DNA of 64,000 nucleotides from sequence record OP292654.1. One strand, written 5' to 3'. The translations under genes and the position numbers were made by a program. Below are positions 58,141 to 64,000 of this stretch, one piece after another. The notes below the pieces were generated by a model. That model was not told where the DNA came from and did no database searches. It worked only from the letters and a program-made list of their open reading frames with translations. Every line of letters starts with the position of its first letter. Within the stretch, counting starts at the first letter, position 1.

Positions 58141-58773
58141 ATGAGTAATATGATTCGTGAATGGTCTTCATTCAATGATTCTAAAATAGTTTTAGAGTAC
58201 AAAGAGGATCAGAATACTGGTCGTAAAAATTGCTATCTTAAAGGGATAGCAATTCAAGCTGACCAACGTAATCTAAATGAACGTGTATATCCATATGCAG
58301 AAATTGCTAATGCTGTAAAAAATATGGCAGAACGTATATCACGTGGTGAAAGCATTCTTTGTGAATGTGACCACCCTGAAACACTAACGGTGAACTTAGA
58401 CCGCGTAGTTGGAATGATTACTCAAGTTTGGATGGAAGGACCTAATGGTATGGCTACTATTATGTTACTTGATACCACTCATGGGAAAGATATTCGTACT
58501 ATGATTGAAAGTGGCGTTAAGCTTGGTGTAAGTTCTCGTGGTTCAGGTAACGTTGATCACAACGGTATTGTATCTGATTTCGAAATCGTAACTATTGATA
58601 TTGTAGCACAACCAAGTGCTCCAGATGCATATCCAAAAGCGGTATTCGAATCTCTGAATAGTAAGTACGGTGCACCTGTAGCTGGTTCAAATCGTGTATT
58701 TGAGTCACAAAAAGGTCGTAACAACTCGATTGATGATGAAATTCATCAATTTTTTAAGAATTTAAAAGCTTAA
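58141..58773 (+). CDS. gp21: Prohead protease, T4 gp21-like
   Basis: NLNERVYP, ECDHPE, KLGVSSRGSG, DIVAQPSAPDAY. Confidence 0.95.
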   Translation: MSNMIREWSSFNDSKIVLEYKEDQNTGRKNCYLKGIAIQADQRNLNERVYPYAEIANAVKNMAERISRGESILCECDHPETLTVNLDRVVGMITQVWMEGPNGMATIMLLDTTHGKDIRTMIESGVKLGVSSRGSGNVDHNGIVSDFEIVTIDIVAQPSAPDAYPKAVFESLNSKYGAPVAGSNRVFESQKGRNNSIDDEIHQFFKNLKA

Positions 58774-58845
58774 TAAAATAAATTTATAAATATCTGTACA
58801 TCAAGAGTACAAGATATTATCTCAGTACTTTAAAGGAGAAAACGA

Positions 58846-59970
58846 ATGTCAAAATTGGATAAGTTTCTAAACGAATCATCTCTTTCTGACGAAGCTAAAA
58901 AGCTTATTCAGGAAGCATGGAATGAAGAAAAAGCTAATGTAGCTGCTGAAATGCGTGAAGAAATGAAAGAACGTTACCAAGAAGACTTAGCTAAACTAAC
59001 TGAAGGTCTAGACCAAATGATGGCTGAAGTAATCAGCGAACAAATGGCAGATGTTTATGCTGAAAAGCGTAAACTAGTTGAAGACCGTGTTAAGCTACGT
59101 AAAACACTAGGTAATTTCTCAGATTTCGCTAACACAGTACTAGCTGAAGAAGTTAAATCAATGCGTAATGAACGCAAACACATCAATGAAAGCCTTGGCA
59201 AGTTCATGCAATTCAGTAACCATATTATGGCTGAAGAACTTAAAGACTTCCATGATGAAAAACGTCAATTAGTCGAATCTCGTGTAAAACTAATTGCTGA
59301 AGGTTCTAAACAAATCGCTGAAGCTCGTGAGAACTTCATCAAGCGTACTGCGGAATCCGCTGCATCTTATATTACCGAAACTACTGCTAAGAACCTACAA
59401 GCTCTTAAAAGTGAACTAGTTGAAGCTAAACAAAATATGTTTGGTCGTAAGATTTTTGAAGCATTTGCTAATGAATTCTACTCAAAACAATATAACGAAA
59501 GTTCTATTCTACGTGAGTTGAATGAATCAGTTAAAGAAGCAGAACAAGAAGCTATCGCTGCGAAATTAGCATTAAAAGAAGCTAAAGAAGAAGCACTAGC
59601 AGCTAAACGTAAAGTTCGTGTAATGGAAGATACTCAGGCTCGTACTGCTATCATCTCTGAACTAACTAAGCCTCTTACTAATCAACAAAAACAAATTATG
59701 GAATCTCTACTAGCTGCTACTCCTACTGAGAAGCTAAAAGATGATTTCAGCAAGTACCACAAGTCTGTACTGAAGGGTACTGTAAATGAATCTGCTGCTA
59801 ATCCTAGCCGTCCAGCAGTTAATACAAAGGCTAAAAATGCTTTAACGGAAGGTAAAGTTGTTACCGGAAACCGTGAAAGTAATTTCATTAAAAACGAAGA
59901 ACTATCATCTGATGACCTAGATTTCCTAAACGAAATTACTAAATTGTCAGGAATGGATAAAAATCGTTAA
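58846..59970 (+). CDS. gp22: Prohead core scaffolding protein, T4 gp22-like
   Basis: Coiled-coil, E/K-rich, located between protease and capsid genes. TATAAATA at 58785-58792. Confidence 0.85.
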   Translation: MSKLDKFLNESSLSDEAKKLIQEAWNEEKANVAAEMREEMKERYQEDLAKLTEGLDQMMAEVISEQMADVYAEKRKLVEDRVKLRKTLGNFSDFANTVLAEEVKSMRNERKHINESLGKFMQFSNHIMAEELKDFHDEKRQLVESRVKLIAEGSKQIAEARENFIKRTAESAASYITETTAKNLQALKSELVEAKQNMFGRKIFEAFANEFYSKQYNESSILRELNESVKEAEQEAIAAKLALKEAKEEALAAKRKVRVMEDTQARTAIISELTKPLTNQQKQIMESLLAATPTEKLKDDFSKYHKSVLKGTVNESAANPSRPAVNTKAKNALTEGKVVTGNRESNFIKNEELSSDDLDFLNEITKLSGMDKNR

Positions 59971-60047
59971 TTATTAAATGCTAATTTTTCTGAGTGATAA
60001 ATAAAAGCATACAGAAAAGCAAAAAAATATCTTTTAAGGAGATTATA

Positions 60048-61223
60048 ATGTCACAACTATTAACTGAATCTAAATGGGCTGCTGTAAAAGATAAGCTTGT
60101 TGAAGGTCTAAATGGTAATCGTAAAACTGTTATGGAAGCAGTTCTAGATAACCAACGTAAAGTAATGCTACGCGAATCTGCTACCGCTGGTGCAACTTCT
60201 GCTGGTAACATTGCTACACTAAACAAAGTAATTCTACCAATTATCCGTCGTGTAATGCCAACCGTTATTGCTAACGAAATCATCGGTGTTCAACCTATGA
60301 CTGGTCCAGTTGGTCAAATCCACACTCTACGTGTACAATACGCTGATAACGCTCCAGGCGTTGTTGCTGGTGAAGAAGCACTTTCTCCATACAAGATTGC
60401 TAAATCTTATACTGGTGAAATCAATTCTGACAACACCGCTCCACGTGCTGCTCCTACTTCTCAACTAGAAGGTGTTATGGGTCGTCGTGTGAACATCCGT
60501 ATTCTACGTGAAACCGTAGAAGCTCAATCTCGTCGTCTATCTGCTCGTTGGACTGTTGAATCTGCACAAGATGCACAAGCACAACACGGTATTGACGTTG
60601 AAGCTGAACTAATGGCTGCTATCGCACAAGAAATCACTACTGAGATCGACCAAGAACTACTAGCTCGTCTACGTGCTCTACCAGGTGCTGCTGCTGTTGT
60701 TTATGACCAATCTAAAGTAACTGGTGTTGCTACCTTCGTTGGTGATGAACACGCTGCTCTAGCTACTCTAATCAACCGTCAAGCAAACGAAGTTGCTCGT
60801 CGTACCAAACGTGGTGCTGCGAACTGGGCCGTTGTATCTCCAACCGCTCTAACCATTCTACAGTCAGCAACTACTTCTAGTTTTGCTCGTACTACTGAAG
60901 GTGTATTCGAAGCTCCAACTAACGTTAAATTCGTTGGTGTACTAAACTCCACAATGCGTGTTTATGTAGATACCTATGCTGATGACAGTACTGATGTACT
61001 AATCGGTTACAAAGGTTCTCAAGAAACTGATGCTGGTGCATTCTACTGCCCATACATCCCATTGATGGCTTCTGGTACTGTAATGGACCCTAACACTGGT
61101 GAACTAGTAACTAGCTTCCTAACTCGTTATGGCTATGTACAACTAACTGACAGTACTTCATCTCTAGGTAACGCTGCTGACTACTACAGCAAAATTGCTA
61201 TCCGCAACGTAACCTTCATGTAA
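60048..61223 (+). CDS. gp23: Major capsid protein, T4 gp23-like
   Basis: LPIIRRVMP..IANEIIGVQPMTGPVGQI, ARW..E.AQD...HG.D.EAEL, FYCPYIPL, TRYG. ATG 60048 after AAGGAG, late promoter at 59997-60003. Confidence 0.97.
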   Translation: MSQLLTESKWAAVKDKLVEGLNGNRKTVMEAVLDNQRKVMLRESATAGATSAGNIATLNKVILPIIRRVMPTVIANEIIGVQPMTGPVGQIHTLRVQYADNAPGVVAGEEALSPYKIAKSYTGEINSDNTAPRAAPTSQLEGVMGRRVNIRILRETVEAQSRRLSARWTVESAQDAQAQHGIDVEAELMAAIAQEITTEIDQELLARLRALPGAAAVVYDQSKVTGVATFVGDEHAALATLINRQANEVARRTKRGAANWAVVSPTALTILQSATTSSFARTTEGVFEAPTNVKFVGVLNSTMRVYVDTYADDSTDVLIGYKGSQETDAGAFYCPYIPLMASGTVMDPNTGELVTSFLTRYGYVQLTDSTSSLGNAADYYSKIAIRNVTFM

Positions 61224-61267
61224 TGAAGTGACCATTTGGATTTAAATTAAATCTGATGTTAATCAAA

Positions 61268-61293
61268 GAAAAGGACGCTTATGCGTCCTTTTC
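61268..61293 (+). terminator. Terminator after the capsid gene
   Basis: gaaaaggacgc-ttat-gcgtccttttc. Confidence 0.75.
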
Positions 61294-61330
61294 GCGTTTC
61301 TGGCATCCAGAAAGTAAATAGCATAATGGT

Positions 61331-61358
61331 GAAACACGAGCACATTTTGTGCTATAAT
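61331..61358 (+). promoter_or_regulatory. Phage non-late promoter variant GAAACA-N16-TATAAT
   Basis: gaaaca 61331-61336, gtgctataat ending 61358. Confidence 0.65.
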
Positions 61359-61373
61359 CATGGAGACAATAAT

Positions 61374-61802
61374 ATGATCATTAAACCAGATTCAATAGTT
61401 GTAGTGTATCTTAACACTAAACAAGAATATCATCGTAGCGTGTATAGTAAATTCGAAGTACTAATTCCAGAATATAAGATGATTGGATATATTGAGGATT
61501 TAGGAGTGCTGTGCTGTGGCTTCGAAACAGTTTACTATGATATGAACCGTTATGTCAACGATGTTATGTCATCAGATATTCAAGAAATGACATATGAAGA
61601 ATATATCCAGTACTATCAAGGTAAACTTGCTCGTGATAATCCAGGTGCTCCCGTTCTAAATGAGATGCCACCTATGATTCCAGGGGTTCAGATGAATGAA
61701 TATCAAACACAACCGACTCCAGTAAGGGAAATGCTGAACTCAAATCCAGTACTACAAAATTTAAGTAATCATGGTGTAAAAGTACAGATTTTACGTGGAT
61801 AA
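61374..61802 (+). CDS. Hypothetical protein
   Basis: ATG 61374 after GGAG. The track start 61281 lies inside the terminator. Confidence 0.7.
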   Translation: MIIKPDSIVVVYLNTKQEYHRSVYSKFEVLIPEYKMIGYIEDLGVLCCGFETVYYDMNRYVNDVMSSDIQEMTYEEYIQYYQGKLARDNPGAPVLNEMPPMIPGVQMNEYQTQPTPVREMLNSNPVLQNLSNHGVKVQILRG

Positions 61803-61832
61803 ATACCCCACTAAATTTAGAGGGGAATTAAC

Positions 61833-62144
61833 ATGGCAAACCAAATCTGTTACGTAATAGTTAACCAAGCTTGGCCTGAATGGGTTAAAATTGGATTTAC
61901 ATCAAAAGAAGAAATGAAGACCAGATTAAGTACATACCAAACTGGTTCTCCGTTTAGAGATTATGAAGTCTATCATGAAGTACAATTTGAAGATGCGAAA
62001 GCTGCTGAAAAAGAAGTTAATAAACGTCTAAAGCAAATGAACGCTACTCAAGGTACTGGTAAAGAATGGTATAAAATGCCTAAGAAGCTTGCTGCTAATA
62101 TGATAGATTCTGTACGTGATGATCTTGATGAAGCTCAAGAATAA
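61833..62144 (+). CDS. T5orf172/MUG113-type GIY-YIG-like nuclease domain protein
   Basis: YVI....PEWVKIGFT....RL..YQTGSP......AE...H/N..L......EWY. Confidence 0.8.
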   Translation: MANQICYVIVNQAWPEWVKIGFTSKEEMKTRLSTYQTGSPFRDYEVYHEVQFEDAKAAEKEVNKRLKQMNATQGTGKEWYKMPKKLAANMIDSVRDDLDEAQE

Positions 62145-62186
62145 TTCATAAATATCTCTATAATATAAACGCGAGGACTGATTTAT

Positions 62187-63803
62187 ATGAGTATAAGATT
62201 TAATCATGCGGCTGGAACTATTACTAGTACTGATACCGCAACTATAGTCATTGAAGGTGGAACACCAACGGTTCCACGTCCATTAAGACTTAACGCATCA
62301 TCTGTTGTATTTCCTAATAAGGTTCTTCCAATTGGTGAAGCTGGTGCTGTCGTATTCGATACTACCTCAAAAACATTAAAATATCACAATGGAATTTCAT
62401 GGGTTGAGCTATTATCACAAGATGATATTTTAGCTCCTGTTAATGTCTCATTGACTAACATTTATAACCAACTTGCTAATCGTGTTAGTACTGTAACATA
62501 TAGTTCAAGTTCAGTAGCTTCCGCTTCTGTTAGTGGAACTAACTTGAATATCGTATTTCCTACTAGTACTAGTGGTGGTGGGTCTGCTGTTCCTGGATTG
62601 TTTACATCTTCACCTCCTGGTAGTATAATGCAATACGCATTAACCTCTGGTCAATCTGTTGCTAGTATTCGTGAGCAGTTGAGTGGTGTGTCTGGTGGAC
62701 AATCTGGACGTAATGGTACACAAGCAGCACCATTTGTTACAAAAACTGGTTGGTGTTTTAGTGATGGTCTGTGGTGGACTTGGAATGGTACAACAACAAT
62801 AACTAAACAAGTACCTAATCTTAATCAAGAAGCTTATCTAAAGGGTATTACAACCAGTGGTGTAACTAAAACTGATTCAGTGATCGCTGGATCAGGGTCT
62901 ATTAGTTCTGCTACCATAACAATGCCTGAGCACTATCACGGTGTTGGTTCCATGAATGCAATTAGTGGTTCAGGGGCTGATGATGGAACATTTATTATTG
63001 GTAGAGCCTGGAATGATGGTAATTCATATACTGGTTTGACGATAACTGGTGATAACCAATTTAGAATGCAACGTACTATCAATAGCTCAGACAGTCGTTT
63101 AGCTTTTACCACATCATCGCCAATTTATCCTAATGGTAATACCTCAACTCACAATCATAGCCTAACTGGAATTGATGTGGCACACTTTAATGTTGCCATG
63201 CTTTATAATATCGCAGAACCAAGTCTTGCGTTGAACCAAGATGCGGGTGATGCTCGATATGTTCTAAAATCTGGTGATGTAATGACTGGTTCATTAACTA
63301 TTGCTAACAGTGCTGCTATTCGTGCTAACGATACTAACCTAGTATTCTGGTTCCAGAATAGTTCTGGTGGTGAACGTGCTGCTATCTACCATAGCTCTAG
63401 TACTAACACATTGCGTTTACGTAGTGCTGGTGGTTCAGAAGTTTCAATATCTAATACTGGTGTTTTAACAGCATCAGGTTTAGTTATTAGTAGCCAAACT
63501 GGTACTGTTGGTGGTAGAAATATCGTTAGAGCAATTAATGGAACAACCGCTGATGCTAATGGTAACGTTACACTAAGCATTACTGGTGGAGTTGTAACCA
63601 ATGAACGTCGCGGTGCTGAAATAGCAACTGAACGGGAACCTTTAGGTCATGAATCTTTTGTATATCGTGCTTCTGAAGGATGTTTTGTAACTGGTTTCTC
63701 CATTCATTCAAGTGGTGGTTCACAAGATGAATTTGTATGGATATATTCAAGACCAGTACAAATATTAATTGATGGAACATGGAGAACAATTTCAGATGTT
63801 TAA
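62187..63803 (+). CDS. Tail fibre protein with Mu/P2-type C-terminal receptor-binding tip
   Basis: Late promoter at 62148-62154, tail-collar-like middle, VRAING, C-terminal YSRPVQILIDGTWRTISDV. Confidence 0.75.
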   Translation: MSIRFNHAAGTITSTDTATIVIEGGTPTVPRPLRLNASSVVFPNKVLPIGEAGAVVFDTTSKTLKYHNGISWVELLSQDDILAPVNVSLTNIYNQLANRVSTVTYSSSSVASASVSGTNLNIVFPTSTSGGGSAVPGLFTSSPPGSIMQYALTSGQSVASIREQLSGVSGGQSGRNGTQAAPFVTKTGWCFSDGLWWTWNGTTTITKQVPNLNQEAYLKGITTSGVTKTDSVIAGSGSISSATITMPEHYHGVGSMNAISGSGADDGTFIIGRAWNDGNSYTGLTITGDNQFRMQRTINSSDSRLAFTTSSPIYPNGNTSTHNHSLTGIDVAHFNVAMLYNIAEPSLALNQDAGDARYVLKSGDVMTGSLTIANSAAIRANDTNLVFWFQNSSGGERAAIYHSSSTNTLRLRSAGGSEVSISNTGVLTASGLVISSQTGTVGGRNIVRAINGTTADANGNVTLSITGGVVTNERRGAEIATEREPLGHESFVYRASEGCFVTGFSIHSSGGSQDEFVWIYSRPVQILIDGTWRTISDV

Positions 63804-64000
63804 GAAATATAATAAAGAAGGTGGATACGGATACATTCAGTACTGGATGGATGAAAACGGTCAAGATTGGTATGATTATGCTGATAATGCTGAAACTCAC
63901 ACACTAAAAGTACTAACGAATGAAAGAAATATTGTTGTTGGATTTGATTATGATGCTACAACATTAAGTCCTAATGAATGTAATCTTCACATTATCCAAC
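63796..64000 (+). CDS. Tail fibre assembly protein (Tfa-like), 3'-truncated; not in the ORF track
   Basis: ATG 63796 overlaps the fibre stop. Translates MFKKY...DENGQDWYD...TLKVL...DATTLSP, a Tfa-type signature. Confidence 0.75.
   Translation, partial: MFKKYNKEGGYGYIQYWMDENGQDWYDYADNAETHTLKVLTNERNIVVGFDYDATTLSPNECNLHIIQ

Noticed and set aside
3741-61373. Upstream-extended starts in the ORF track (3741, 5187, 5446, 10281, 15447, 23303, 35752, 39296, 46536, 46570, 48427, 53011, 57270, 59994, 61281)
   Set aside because: The extensions run through promoters, terminators or neighbouring genes. Downstream ATGs have clear SD sites.
1-64000. tRNA/rRNA genes, CRISPR arrays, inteins, transposases, stop-codon reassignment
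   Set aside because: No cloverleafs, spaced repeats, intein motifs or IS ends were seen. Conserved genes are full length in the standard code.

Overview
AT-rich, gene-dense segment of a T4-related jumbo myovirus genome. The gene set and order suggest the RaK2/GAP32/PBECO4-like enterobacterial jumbo phage group, but this is inference from recall and no database was searched. The window holds most of the virion morphogenesis genes: portal, protease, scaffold, major capsid, neck, baseplate gp6/gp25/gp5/gp53/gp26-like, a tape-measure candidate, a 3339-aa giant structural protein and several fibres. Non-structural islands are interleaved: MoxR ATPase plus zincin-vWA partner, SLOG protein, thymidylate synthase, NUDIX, ClpA, gp55 late sigma, gp47/gp46 and endonuclease VII. 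Two promoter classes can be read directly. A GRAACG-N16-TATAAT motif (6 copies) precedes non-structural units, and T4-late-type ATAAATA boxes precede structural genes. The strongest novelty candidate is an ORF-less, hairpin-rich stretch of about 0.5-0.7 kb (51150-51847) with its own promoter and terminator, a probable large structured ncRNA. Other signals: a CTA versus CTG leucine codon split between capsid and clpA, a T4-style SD-sequestering hairpin, a duplicated lysozyme domain, a degenerate M23 domain in the spike, and a zinc-less endonuclease VII. No tRNA, rRNA, CRISPR array, intron, intein or transposase was recognised. Several start codons were moved from the ORF track to the ATG with a Shine-Dalgarno site.
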